DNA from: an uncultured Acidobacteriota bacterium
GTDB taxonomy: Bacteria; Acidobacteriota; UBA6911; RPQK01; JAPXNP01
NCBI GenBank assembly: GCA_963777605.1
Contig: CAVZRV010000011.1
Location: 32,001-96,000, forward strand
Reading direction: 5' to 3'
DNA length: 64,000 bases
Below the pieces are notes generated by a model. That model was not told where the DNA came from and did not search any database. It worked only from the letters and a program-made list of their open reading frames with translations. Shown here piece by piece: positions 23,879-35,122 of the stretch. Position 1 is the stretch's first letter; each line of letters begins with the position of its first letter. Made by a program: the position numbers and the translations under genes.

Positions 23879-24091
23879 TCAGCCAAGGCTCGAGGCGAGC
23901 GCTGCGCCGACCACGGCTCCGCCGGCGATGAGCACGAGTCTGAGGAGGCCCCCGGCGATGCAACCCATTCCTCCTTCAAATTGGCCCCAGTGCCCGCCGA
24001 GGTAGGTGAACCTCGGAGACGCGATGGCAGTGGCGACAATGAAACCAACGATGGCGCCGATCACGGCGCCCACGATCTGACCCTCATTCAT
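23879..24091 (-). CDS. Small two-TM glycine-rich membrane protein
   Basis: AAGGAG RBS; GAVIGAIVG and AGGAVVGAALA segments; 3 bp after the OmpA-domain gene. Confidence 0.65.
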   Translation of the reverse strand: MNEGQIVGAVIGAIVGFIVATAIASPRFTYLGGHWGQFEGGMGCIAGGLLRLVLIAGGAVVGAALASSLG

Positions 24092-24094
24092 GGC

Positions 24095-25231
24095 TCACTC
24101 CTTCCCGGCTCGTTTCCGCTTGTTCTCTGCCAGCTGCTTCAACGTAGCGAGGCAGAACTCATTGAGGAGAGCCCGGCGCTGTTCCGGCGAGCCAGCCTTC
24201 TGCAGCAGCTTGTTGACGGTGTCGGCGATCTGTCGCATGGCCTGTTTGGCTGTCTGCTTCCCGTTCGTGTTCTCGACCAGATGCGAGGTCATTTCGCGGT
24301 AGAATGCGGCCTTCATGATTGGATTGGCCTCCATCCTCTTCCAGAGGTCGTCTCCGGAATAGGGCTCGCCCTTTTCCGTATGCGGGCTTCTGCTCGACGG
24401 CGTCGCGTCCGTCTGGATCAGGTCGACGGCGTACCGAACGCCGCAGGCGTGGGAAGCCTGTTCATTGAGCCGGTGGGCTTCGTGGACGGCCTTGAAGAAG
24501 CGTTTGACGCTTTCCGCAATGACCTTCTTGTAGTCCTTGACGAACTTGGGCAGGTCTTTCATGCCCTCCTCGGGGGTGTACTTCGGGCTCGGCTTGTCGA
24601 TCTTGGCTTTCTTGCCGGCTTCGGTTCCGGCCTTCTTCGCGTCGCCCGTGTCGATTCCGGTCTTGCGGGAGCTCTCGGCAGGGACAATGACAATCTGAGC
24701 TGCACGATCTTCACGATTGTCAACGTTTTCGAATCTTCCGGGATCGAATCCCGGGGGCAGGTTGTCCACTGCCGGGTCCTCACCCAGCCCCTGAGGCTTG
24801 ATCTGGCTCCTGGGGATTCCCAATTGTTTGTTCAACTCCACTGCCACCGCCTCGGCGCGATCCTTCGAGAGCTTCTGGTTGTACTGGTCGGATCCGGGGC
24901 GGCTGGCGCTGGCGTAGATCTCGATCCGGGTGCCGGGCTGGGCTAGCAGCGCCCGATCCTGAGAAGAAAGCCCCTGATACCAGCGCTGATATTCCCCTTT
25001 CGGCAGGGTCCGCCGGTTGTAGTCAAACGCCATGCCGTCCCCGGGGCGAGCCCGGCTGCGCCGTTCCTGAGCCTCCTCGGGACTCAGGCGCTGGCGTTTG
25101 TGCTCGGTGCCGCGCACCGCCTTTTCGTTCCACTCCTGTGGCCGGACAGCGTCACTCGTGGCGCCGGGCTTTGGCTGGACTGGCTGGTCGGAAGCTCCTT
25201 GAGGTTGTTCAGTTTTCGGTCCACCACCCAT
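24095..25231 (-). CDS. OmpA_C-like peptidoglycan-binding domain protein, no signal peptide, unknown C-terminal domain
   Basis: AS..GSDQYNQKLSKDRAEAV...GLGE...NREDR; AAAGGAG RBS. Confidence 0.75.
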   Translation of the reverse strand: MGGGPKTEQPQGASDQPVQPKPGATSDAVRPQEWNEKAVRGTEHKRQRLSPEEAQERRSRARPGDGMAFDYNRRTLPKGEYQRWYQGLSSQDRALLAQPGTRIEIYASASRPGSDQYNQKLSKDRAEAVAVELNKQLGIPRSQIKPQGLGEDPAVDNLPPGFDPGRFENVDNREDRAAQIVIVPAESSRKTGIDTGDAKKAGTEAGKKAKIDKPSPKYTPEEGMKDLPKFVKDYKKVIAESVKRFFKAVHEAHRLNEQASHACGVRYAVDLIQTDATPSSRSPHTEKGEPYSGDDLWKRMEANPIMKAAFYREMTSHLVENTNGKQTAKQAMRQIADTVNKLLQKAGSPEQRRALLNEFCLATLKQLAENKRKRAGKE

Positions 25232-25342
25232 GGGTTGGCTCCTTTCTGTTTACCGCTTTCCGCATCAAGCCCGGTCGGGGCAGCTGCAATCGGGAATTGC
25301 TGGCTGTTGACCGCCGGGCGCGGCTGCGCCGCGCCCGTGCCC

Positions 25343-28300
25343 TCAAGCGAGAGCCCTAACCCGGGCCCGCTGGATGGCGCTTCGGTTCCATTCGAGCGTC
25401 TGCTCAAAGCGTGCTTGTATGCGGTCGATCTTCTTCTTCCAAGCGTCAAACTCCTTGAAGGGTTCTTGGTGGGACTGGTCCCTGCCGCCACCACCGCCCC
25501 CGGGTACGCCATTGGAGAGCTCGTCCAGATAGGCCCGACCCTTGCGGTAGGCTGGTCCCGGATCCCAGTCGGGCACCAGGTCCGCCCCGCTCGGCTTCCG
25601 CGGGTCGGGCGGAAGTTGTCCCGTGTCCTCCCAGAAATCTTGCCAGCTGGGCGTCGCCCGCATCGATTCGTCCGGCGAGCCGCCGCCGCTGTCTTGCGGC
25701 GACGCCGGGTCTTCGCCCATGGCCGCAGCGTTGAACGCGCCGACCGGCCCCTCTGTCACGTCTTCATAGCCGGCGAGCAAGGTCTCCATGGCCAATGTCC
25801 GGGCCACCTGCAAGAGCCCCGATTTATAAGCGATTTGCTGACAGCCGTAGCAGAGGGCGGCGCTGCGAACGCGATCAGCGGGAAGGCCGCCGGCCAAGCG
25901 GGTTTCGACCCTTCGCAGAGCCCGCAGGTCCCCCCAACCCTGAGGACCCAATGCCGCACCCATGCCAAGGTCGAAGAGCTCTGTCAGTGCCACGTCGCCG
26001 AGTAAGGTCGCGACCTGGTAGCGGAAGCGGCAGTCTCCGCCGGGACAAATGTCCCCGCATTGCGGGAAGGGATCTTCCTCGCGCCCGGTGATCCCCCGGT
26101 ACAGGTTCCACAACTCCTGTCGCCTCGTCGGATTGTCTTTCCCGCCAGCGGTGAGGGCGGTGAGGGAAGCCGTCATCAGCACGCTCAACCGTTCCACATC
26201 GGGCAATTGCCAGTCGTAGAGGCGTCCGAAAGTGCGTAAGTAGTCGCAGATCGCGTGGCGGATCAGGCACGGCAGCGCGCGGTCGATCGGCGCCTGTCTC
26301 CGGGAGTGGGAGCGGACATAGCGCTGTAACTGTTCGAGGCCGGGGCGGACGTCACCGGCGTCTTCAGTGAGAGCCAACATCAAGGCCATAAAGATCTCCC
26401 GGAACTCCCCCTGTGCCACGATGGCCTGCGCGTCCTCGCAAAAGGCGTACGGTGTGCCGCAGGCGCCGGCGCAATCGGGAAAGGGAACAAAGAGCCCGGC
26501 GATTGCCGGGTTCCGGCGAAAAGGTTCCATGTGCCGGCGCACGATGGCGTCTCTCCCAGCCTTGGCAGCAGCCTCCGCCGGCGACTCGAGCTTCGAGTAA
26601 GGTACCTGCACCAGCACCGGCCGATCGTCACCTTCAGAGAAGACCGCCGCTTCGCCTGGCCGGAAAGTGGCCAGCATGCGGCTCCGGTCCTGATCCATGT
26701 TCATCGAACCTGCGAGCAGCTCCCGATCTTCGCGGGCTACGGTGCGGTGAACGACCTTGACGTTCGTATTCTTGAGGGCATCGGGCGCCAGCTTGGAGGG
26801 GATCTGTTCGGCGATCAGGAAACCCTGGCCGTAAGCGCGCACCTCAGACAGCATATTGACGAACGACTCGACCGCCTTGGCCCGGGTGTTGGCTTGCTCT
26901 TCGCCCGCGCCTCGAGCGACGCTTGCCAGCAGCCGGTGGGCTTCTTCTACGACGACCACATGGCGCAGTTGGGAGCCGGCGTTGTCGGCCGAGGCCCGCA
27001 GGTGCTCGAAGATGCGGATCAGTAGAAGGCCCATCAGGAAGGCCTTTTCGTCGTCGTCGCCGACCTGCTCCAACTCGATCACCGTCGGCTGCAACAGCAG
27101 TTCGGACAGCGGAATTGATCTGGGCGTGTCGAGCATCGCCCCCTTTCCACCAATACACAGGCTCTCGAGACGAGTGACCAAAGCCGCTTTGATATCGCTG
27201 GTGACCCGGGCCTCATAGCCGAGGCTGTCGACGACCTCCTCAATCTTGGCGCTGAGAGCACTCAATGTGGGGAAGGCAAGCGCCCGAGCCTCCGGCGTAG
27301 CGTCCGACGGCAGCCGCCGATTGACGCCTCGCACGGGATCCCAGCCGTAGTCACGGTAGACGTCATGAAGGCAACGTTCGAGAACCTGAGGTAAAGGGCT
27401 CCACATGACGAAGCTGGCATTGAACGTTGCTTTGAGCAGGTCGATGTGGGTTGCCAGCGAGGCGCCGGGCTCGACCTCGAAAGGATTCAGGCGGAAAGGT
27501 GAAACCGACTCCTCCCCCAGCGTGAATACTCGGAGCGCGGAACCGACGACCGGGTCGGCGATGAGAGCGCGGTACTCGGTTTTCGCCGGCTCGAGCACCA
27601 GAAACGGCACTTCCTGCGACCACAGCTGTCGCAGCAGATGGAAAGCGGTGTTGGTCTTCCCGCTGCCGGTGACGCCGACGATCAGGGTGTGCTTGCTCAG
27701 GGCACCCGTTGACAGCCGGTAGTCGACTTCGAGCCGGCGGCCGAGATCGTGGACGCGGCCGAGCTCGATCGGGCCCTGAGCAGCATCGTGGGGTAGAGCG
27801 ACATCGAAACGCTGGATCTCGCGAACGGCGAACCCGGGTGCTTCGAGGCGCGGAAGGTGGATTAGGGCCGACAGCCGCTGAGAGTTGAGGATGGTTTGGA
27901 AGCTGTACGGGTACTCGAGTTGGCCCGGCGCTTCGGCAGTGGCGAGCAGAATGGGCCCGAGAGCCGCCCTGAACGGTCCTGGTTCGGCAATCTCGAGCAC
28001 CCGAACCGGCTCGGGCAGCGACTGCTCACCCCCGAGGACGGCACCCAGCGCCGCACCGAGCGTCTTGAACGAAGTACGGTCGGGCGCGAGGAAGAACGCC
28101 GAAACCGTCCAGGACCCAACCGCAAACCCTCTCTCGAATTCCTGGTGCAGCAGTTCCAGGCGCCGGAGATAGGTTTCCGCGAGAGGCCCGGGGCGCGGCT
28201 TCACCTGTTCGGCATCCGAGACGGCACGCATCTCGTTCACAACAGCATGACCCAGTTTGCGGGAGAGCTGCCCCGGCAGAGGATCGGCCATGACAACCCA

Positions 28301-28867
28301 GCCCCAGGAACGGCCCTGCATGGCGTGCAAAAGCCGGTCCATCTGTGTCATCTCTCCCCACTCGACTCGACGTGATCGGCTCGCGATCCCGGTCACGAGT
28401 CCAAGATTTCCACTGACCATCATTTCCCGCAGTCGAACCTGAAACTGCGTCCCGTCGGCAGGCTGTGCCCGACTGCCCGGGTAGTGGCTCGCGACCAGGG
28501 CCTCGAGCGCGGCCAGCGTGACGCCGGGGCCGTGTTGCCCGTCATCCCTGCGATGGAGACCGGGGTACGTGCCCATCACGACCTGGATCTCGCGAGAGTC
28601 GCCGAGCACCGCGAAGAGCAGTGGAACCCCAAGCCCGGCGCAACCCGAGAGCAAGGCCTCGGACCAGTAGCTGACTGGGCGATCGGAGTCGCCCTCCCGG
28701 TCATTGGATCGCCAACTGCGTCCGACTTCACAAATTCGCATCAGCCGCAGTTCGCTGGGGCCCGGGGCGGCAACATCTCCCGGCTCGATGCGCTGACGAA
28801 AGACTCCGCCAAAGTCGTCGAGGAAGGCGCGAGAGAGGTAATCGAGGTGGGCCGTTGAATAATCGAT
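25343..28867 (-). CDS. HerA/FtsK-superfamily (DUF87-like) ATPase, about 1170 aa; probable ATC start at 28867
   Basis: KHTLIVGVTGSGKTNT Walker A, VLEPAKTEYR, VVVEEAHRL Walker B, SEVRAYG, AEQIPSKL, KNTN; frame open 42 codons upstream of ATG 28741 to GGAGG-N5-ATC. Confidence 0.85.
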   Translation of the reverse strand: MDYSTAHLDYLSRAFLDDFGGVFRQRIEPGDVAAPGPSELRLMRICEVGRSWRSNDREGDSDRPVSYWSEALLSGCAGLGVPLLFAVLGDSREIQVVMGTYPGLHRRDDGQHGPGVTLAALEALVASHYPGSRAQPADGTQFQVRLREMMVSGNLGLVTGIASRSRRVEWGEMTQMDRLLHAMQGRSWGWVVMADPLPGQLSRKLGHAVVNEMRAVSDAEQVKPRPGPLAETYLRRLELLHQEFERGFAVGSWTVSAFFLAPDRTSFKTLGAALGAVLGGEQSLPEPVRVLEIAEPGPFRAALGPILLATAEAPGQLEYPYSFQTILNSQRLSALIHLPRLEAPGFAVREIQRFDVALPHDAAQGPIELGRVHDLGRRLEVDYRLSTGALSKHTLIVGVTGSGKTNTAFHLLRQLWSQEVPFLVLEPAKTEYRALIADPVVGSALRVFTLGEESVSPFRLNPFEVEPGASLATHIDLLKATFNASFVMWSPLPQVLERCLHDVYRDYGWDPVRGVNRRLPSDATPEARALAFPTLSALSAKIEEVVDSLGYEARVTSDIKAALVTRLESLCIGGKGAMLDTPRSIPLSELLLQPTVIELEQVGDDDEKAFLMGLLLIRIFEHLRASADNAGSQLRHVVVVEEAHRLLASVARGAGEEQANTRAKAVESFVNMLSEVRAYGQGFLIAEQIPSKLAPDALKNTNVKVVHRTVAREDRELLAGSMNMDQDRSRMLATFRPGEAAVFSEGDDRPVLVQVPYSKLESPAEAAAKAGRDAIVRRHMEPFRRNPAIAGLFVPFPDCAGACGTPYAFCEDAQAIVAQGEFREIFMALMLALTEDAGDVRPGLEQLQRYVRSHSRRQAPIDRALPCLIRHAICDYLRTFGRLYDWQLPDVERLSVLMTASLTALTAGGKDNPTRRQELWNLYRGITGREEDPFPQCGDICPGGDCRFRYQVATLLGDVALTELFDLGMGAALGPQGWGDLRALRRVETRLAGGLPADRVRSAALCYGCQQIAYKSGLLQVARTLAMETLLAGYEDVTEGPVGAFNAAAMGEDPASPQDSGGGSPDESMRATPSWQDFWEDTGQLPPDPRKPSGADLVPDWDPGPAYRKGRAYLDELSNGVPGGGGGGRDQSHQEPFKEFDAWKKKIDRIQARFEQTLEWNRSAIQRARVRALA

Positions 28868-28869
28868 GG

Positions 28870-29190
28870 TTACCTCCGAATGTAGATCGCCCAGTAGACG
28901 ATCATGCTCAGCACGGCGAGGATGACGAGGCCGGCCTGCTCGGCCCAGATTCCGTAGATCAACACTGGCCAGGCGGCAAGGAAGGCAAGGCCCAGAGGCA
29001 GAGCAAGGATGTTGGCGAGAAACCCGTACTGCCGGCCGCCGCCGCCCCGAATCTCCAATCGCGAACCGATGACCCAGACGGCTTTCGGTCGCAAGAGGCC
29101 TCTGCGGGTGCGCTTGCCGATGACGATCACCCGGTCGCCGTCACGCAGGACACGGCCGGGGATCTCCGGGGCAGACAACTCGATCGGCAC
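28870..29190 (-). CDS. Hypothetical protein, OB-fold-like N-part and two C-terminal TM helices (5' end uncertain)
   Basis: LRDGDRVIVIG followed by hydrophobic helices; stop overlaps the ATPase RBS. Confidence 0.55.
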   Translation of the reverse strand: MPIELSAPEIPGRVLRDGDRVIVIGKRTRRGLLRPKAVWVIGSRLEIRGGGGRQYGFLANILALPLGLAFLAAWPVLIYGIWAEQAGLVILAVLSMIVYWAIYIRR

Positions 29191-29410
29191 CTCTTCAACG
29201 ACGTCTCCACTCTCGTTTGTGACCTCCAGCCGGAAGCCCAGATATTCCTCGGGCCGGGATGAGAATCCCCGGCTCGAGCCTTCTTAGAGTGGGACCATGC
29301 TACCCTGCACCGATGGCGCTGGCAAGACAAGCAGACCACCACAGGCACCAAAGCCCTGACCTTCTCACCCGCCGTCGATCTGGTTGCGGATCTACCTTTA
29401 CCTGGAAAGT

Positions 29411-32400
29411 CTACTTGTAGACCTCCACGGAAAACGGCGTCTGGGTGTAGGTGGTCGGATTGATTTGCGCGTAAAACGTAATGGCAAAGGAATTTGGCAC
29501 GGGCACATTATCGATCGTCATATCTGCGTTCGGGACATCCGATTCTTTGAGTTGGATCGGGTTCGAGACCCCGTGCTGTTTGATGACGATTTCCTGCCAC
29601 TTGAAGTCACCCGTTGCCGCAAGAGGCGGAGTGAGTTCGCCCACTTTCAGCCTGAGCGAGAAGGTAGAATCATTCACCTTCCATTGCGACTGGGTGACGT
29701 TCCCAAATTGGTCCTTGATCTCCCACGCCACCGCATCCTTGGCTTCAATCCAGAGGTCAAAAGTGATTCCGGGACTGTTCTCACCTGCCGGGACGGAATA
29801 GGTAACCTTGGTCTTGGAGTACGCCTTCCCCAGAATCCGCACGTCGGCGCTCTCGTCAAGATCGGCGTTGATGATCAGGAAAGTGAACTGCTCCACATCC
29901 TTGACCGGAATTCCGAGAGCGGAATCGTAGCTGTCGAGGATGAAGAGCCCATTCTCGGGAATCATTGTGCCGAGGGAGTTTTCCCGGAGGGCGTAGATTC
30001 GGATCCCTTCCTGGCCGGGCTGTCCGATATCGGCCCCGCCCCGCTGGAAACTGAACTCAACCGTGCTTTCACTTTTCCACTGCGCCGGGACGGTCAACTG
30101 AACGGCACGCATTGAAAGAGGAAGGACCCCGCGGACAGTGATCGGGTCGATTGATCCGTCCTGAGCCACGGCGGAATTCCACTGCACCACCCCGCTTCCG
30201 GTGAATCTCGAGGTGGCCAACTGGTTCGGCCCAACGACTTCGTTCGGCCGCAGAGCCAACTGGGGGCTCCTCCGATAGGATCGCTCGAATGCGTACTCGG
30301 CAAAGGCGTCGGGCAGGCTGGTGCCCTTTGCCCTCAGGAAACTGTCCAGGCCCGTCCTCATATCCTGAAGGAGGGTGGTGTTGACCGTTACCGCGTTCCC
30401 GATGCTCTCCAGCATCTCGTGCAGATAGACCAGCCCCGTCGAACGGAAATAACGCAAAGCAAGGAATCCAAAAAACTCCTGGCGTGAGTAGGGCAGTTCG
30501 ACAATCCGCCCGTCGGCGACATCGTCCAGCGGCACGTCCAGACTGTGGGCATACGGGGTCATCGAGAGGCTGGTTGTACTGATGGTGCCTCGATCCTGGT
30601 AGGTCATTCCGACGACGTCCGCCGTGCCGTCTCCGATATACGCATCGGACCTCCAGGTCTTGTTGCTGGAATCGGGAAGCCGCAATTCCCCGCCCCCGAT
30701 TCCGTACGACTGCTGCACGGCGTGGAACAGCTCGTGAGCCATCAGGTAGACGAATCCAAGGTCCCGGAGCCCCCAATCAAGATAGATGCTACCGGCCATG
30801 ACCAGCTCGTCTTCGGAGATCCCCTCGCCCCGCTGATAACTGGGGTCGCTCGCGTTGCACTTTTCGGGTTCGCAGGGAGAGTAGAAGTTGTCCCATCCCT
30901 TGTTCACGACATTGAGAACGTTTCTGAACAGGGCTCCTCCGTTGGCCCCAACCGGCTTGTTCCAAAGCCTCGGTGCCCGAAACCCAATCGACCGGTAGTA
31001 GCCCGATAGTTCCTTCATCAGGAGGGCCAACGCATTCAAACGCTCAGCCGAGAGTGTGCGACTGTGATCGACGACCTCCCAGTCGAGGGTCGTCCAATCC
31101 GCCGTCTCGCTCATGGCCCGAACCGAAGCCCGGCTGCTCGTCTCAACCACCGAGGGCGCAGCCCCTTCAGCGATCGCCATCGTCCAGCCGTCCACCAATC
31201 CAAATACGAAGGCACTGTAGGATCGACTCTCACTGTCGTAGCTTCCCGCCACGGGGATCGAGTGTCCGGTCGTCAACATCAACTTTGCTCTCAGACTCGA
31301 CGGATCGGGATTCGCCTTGGTGACAGGAATCTCCAACCTGATCACATCGCTGGAGGTGGTGATTTGCCTTCCACCTACGGAAATCTCAATGACTTCCGAG
31401 ACCGCAGTCTCGTCCGCTTCCAACAAGCCTGTGCTGTCCCCGCTTCCCAGGTGTACCGCCGAAACCTTCCCTTTGAGTGATGGCGGGAGAACCACAGCGG
31501 AGCCGCCCGGACCGGCGATGGTCAGGGAGGTTGTCGGCGGCACGGCCGACAACAAGGTCGCACTTCCGAACAGTTGCTGGGCAATCAACGCCTCGGTGGA
31601 CCGCACGTCGACATATCCACCTACCTGGCCCGCGGTCGAGGGGATGAAATCACCATCGGTCAGGAGTTTCGAAATCCGTTCGCCCGGTTGTAGGGTCAAC
31701 ACCTTCTCCCCCGTCTTCGTCCCAATCACTGAGTAAACCTGGACGGTCACGTCCGCCGGTTCCTCTCCCGGGTTGAACAGGGCCACCCCCGTAAAAAGGC
31801 CTGAGACATTCGCCACCTGGCTGAAGATCCCCCGGGTCATTGTCTCGGTCTGAAGCGGAAGCGCCGCAGCCGTCGTGAAGCTCGCCCCATCTCCGAAAAC
31901 CACGTCTCCCACCAATCCCGCCCTGTCGGCTTCGATCGTCAGCGACCCGACCGCTACCTGGCTGCCTCCGAAGCCAAAAAGACTCGAGGCATCTTCTTCC
32001 AGCACGCCGCCCGCGGGAATTGTCCGTGTGACCGCACCGGCCAGGTTGTTCCCCGCCTCGTCCGTGGCTCTCAGTGTCGCTTGCACCGACTGGCCTGAGG
32101 TATTGACCAGTTTCACGTTGGTATAGAACCCACTCAGGCTGGCCAGCTGCGCCGAGTAGAGCTTTGACGCCGTCCCGGCCGGCTGGCCGCCCACTCCTAC
32201 CACTGTCTGCTTCGAGGTCAGCTTCACCAACTCGAATCCGACGATGCCTCCGCCCCCTGAAACTTCCGCCGTAACGTATCCGCTCGACACCGAACTCTGC
32301 CCGAAGATGCTCCCTACCGTCTCGTAAAAAAATCCGTTCGCCGGGATCGACCGGTTGGCTGTGGTCGCCGAAGTGCTTCCGTCGCGATACAGCTTCAAGT

Positions 32401-33776
32401 GTACCGTCACCGATTCCGTCGTCGGATTGGCAATCGACAACCAGGTCTCGGCCGCCTGTCCCCGGTAGGCGGTGCTGCCCTGGAATACCCGGGTGAAATA
32501 GAGTTTCGGATAAACCTGGCTGAACGGAACCGATCCATCCATCTGGTTGGCCGCCCCAAACTGGAAGAAGCTGCCCACCTCGGGATTGTCGGTCCCCATC
32601 TCGATCCAGAGCGACTGCTGGCTTCCGGCCGGTTGTCCGAACAGTTCATTGCAAAGCTTGCCGAGTTGATGCTGTGGCTCCAGGGAGTATTGCGAGGTCG
32701 AGTAAGCCTGCGCGCCGGACGACGTGAACGGCGTGAACTGAAGGCGGGCCAAGTTCGATGAATAGTTCGATACCGCAAAGCCGGTAAAGTTCGCTGCATC
32801 GGACTGGCAGAATGGAAAGTAGAAGACGCTCCCGGTCCCGAAGGGCTGGACCGACCCGTTGGAGACGGTGACGTCCACTTCGGATTGCGCTGTCTGGTCG
32901 GCGGTGTCGAAAGCCCTGGCCTGAATCGTGTGGGATCCGTTGGCAACGGTCGTCGTGTCCCACGCATACGTGTAGGGGGAAGAAGTGTCCGTCCTTTGCT
33001 TCACTCCATCGACGGAGAACTCTACTTTCGCCACGCCGTCGTCGTCCGAGGCCGAGGCCTGCACCGTCACGGTTCCGCTGACCGACGCGCCATCGGAGGG
33101 AGAGGTGATTACGACCGTCGGGGGATTGTCGACCGGAGCCGGCACCAGAAGATCGGCGCACACGTTGTCGAACCCCACCTGGGCACCCTCTCCCTGCGCA
33201 ATCAGCCAGAGCGTATCCAACAGGTAGGGAGCGATCGAGAAGTCGCCTGTGAGCTTCAACGAAGTGTTTTGATTGTTGATCCGAAGGGTGATCTCCGATT
33301 CGTCATAGGCGACACCGATCGAAGTCGGAGTACCGGAAACCTGGTAGGGAGAACTCAAGAACCAATCGCCGATTTCCCAGTCATAGCCGAACAACTGCGC
33401 ACGGCCATCGGGGAAGTAGATGACGCCGATTCCGTCCGTGGTGCGATCACCGACGCCAATGTAGGCATCACCGCTCGTGAAGGGAATGATCCCGACGGCA
33501 GCACCCGCAGGGAAAGCGTCCAACTGAATGTCCACGTCTATCGTAAAGAAGTCACTGGGCCAAAAGTCGGTCTGGTAGAAGGCCAGGTCTCCCGCTGCGA
33601 TCTGATTCAGACGCAGGAGTTCTCCCTGTACGTACCAGTTGCCTGAAGTCCCGTCCCAGGTGTTCGCGGAAAGGCCCGAGAAATCTTCAGCGAACTGGCT
33701 GCAGGTCCCGGAAGAAGTCCCCAAACGCGGAAGGCAAGGAAAGCAGCACAACAAGAAGCGTGAGCAGGCATCGCAT
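29411..33776 (-). CDS. Large secreted multidomain protein: lectin-like N-domain, bacterial Ig-like domain, beta-sandwich repeats, HExxH metallopeptidase (frameshift near 33721)
   Basis: GGAGG RBS and signal peptide MRCLLTLLVVLLSLPSAFG, shifting at GGGG into the 1447-aa ORF; PPTVVITSP..GASVSG...WDTT..ANGSHT Ig domain; AHELFHAVQ. Confidence 0.8.
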
Positions 33777-34155
33777 AGCGTCCTCCAGGTCTAACAACCA
33801 CCCACTCTCCAGATGACGGTGATGTGAATTGCCACCCGGCGAAAGGTGCCGCCCGTGTCCCCGAACCGCCTTGAGCCTTCCTCAGCGCTCAAATCGGCTC
33901 CCTCTGCAAATCTCCTCACCGCCAGTTTCCAGCAAATGAGCCGAAAATCCAAGCACCAATTGAATTTATCGTTCGGCTCCACGGCGAGCATCAGTAGGGT
34001 GCTGCAATTTCCTGATGGATAATTCCGGATCCGCGTCGTGATCCATTTCTGAAACGAGCAGTTCGGTTTCACGAACTGATATCGCATCAATCTGCACGAA
34101 ACCGAAGATCAGATTCCGCCCCAGGATATCGGCCTGAGACTCTCCCCCGCCAAAC

Positions 34156-34830
34156 TCACTGAGGCAGGAATGCCCCGATCAGTATCAGAATGAGAAACAG
34201 CCCGCCGATCAGTAGTGTCGCAACATTGGCTGAGCTGTAGGTATCATTCCGTCCTGTTGCACCCCGCTCAAAGTGAAGCTCGTTGAGGCGCTGTGCAGTC
34301 TGCTGGACCGGAATCATCGGGATGAACATGGCGAAACTGACTAGCCACCACGGGTCGGGGAGTAACGCGGTCAGCTGCAGAATGAGAAAAGACGCACCGA
34401 GAACGCTGGAATTCCAGGCGACCGGCACCCCAGCTGACATGGCGTCTGCGCGGATCTTCTTGAACAGGGAGAAGCCCCAAATCGGGGCGAAGAAGGTTCT
34501 CCAGAACGGGCTGATCTTCTCGCTGGAAGAGTTCTTGATCCAATTCCAGTTTTGGTAGCACCAATAGAGTTCATAGATTCCGAAGGTGCAAATCGAAAGG
34601 ATGATGAACTTGGGAGTCGCCACCGGGAACAGCGGAGTTGCCATCGCTTCGGGCACGACCGGCCAATCAGCCTCCGGGCGTTGACTTGCGTTGACCCTTG
34701 CCGCCGAGCCAGCCAGGAGTGGATGGGCGGTCGGGGACGTCACCCCACCCAGAACGCACCCGCATCGGACGCAGGCTGGACTCTCGTCAGAGACACTCTG
34801 TCCACACTCCGAACAAATTACGATGGCCAC
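34156..34830 (-). CDS. Zinc-ribbon plus DUF4234-like membrane protein
   Basis: CSECG...CVRCG; LSICTFGIYELYWCY; several TM helices. Confidence 0.7.
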   Translation of the reverse strand: MAIVICSECGQSVSDESPACVRCGCVLGGVTSPTAHPLLAGSAARVNASQRPEADWPVVPEAMATPLFPVATPKFIILSICTFGIYELYWCYQNWNWIKNSSSEKISPFWRTFFAPIWGFSLFKKIRADAMSAGVPVAWNSSVLGASFLILQLTALLPDPWWLVSFAMFIPMIPVQQTAQRLNELHFERGATGRNDTYSSANVATLLIGGLFLILILIGAFLPQ

Positions 34831-35122
34831 GCAGTTTCGTCCTCTATGAGCCTGGTTGGTCGCACGTTCGTGCGCCACAACATGAGTGTCCGGATCAGCA
34901 TATTCCCCCGAGCCGCCCGCACAGCACGCGGCTCAACATCAGCAGCGCCAACCAGCTCTGCAGAATTGACGAGATCTCCATCCGACTATTGCCTGAACCG
35001 GCGGACGGGTCGGCGAATTCCCGTGGCGTTGCGCGAAGCTGGAAGCGCAGATCATCAAGGCCCCGCACCAGACAAGATGGGCCGAACCCCACCCCGCATA
35101 ACACCGAACATCCCCAAAATAG

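Noticed and set aside
25343-28867. ATPase as conjugative VirB4/VirD4 or HerA-NurA
   Set aside because: No relaxase, T4SS, integrase or nurA genes in the window
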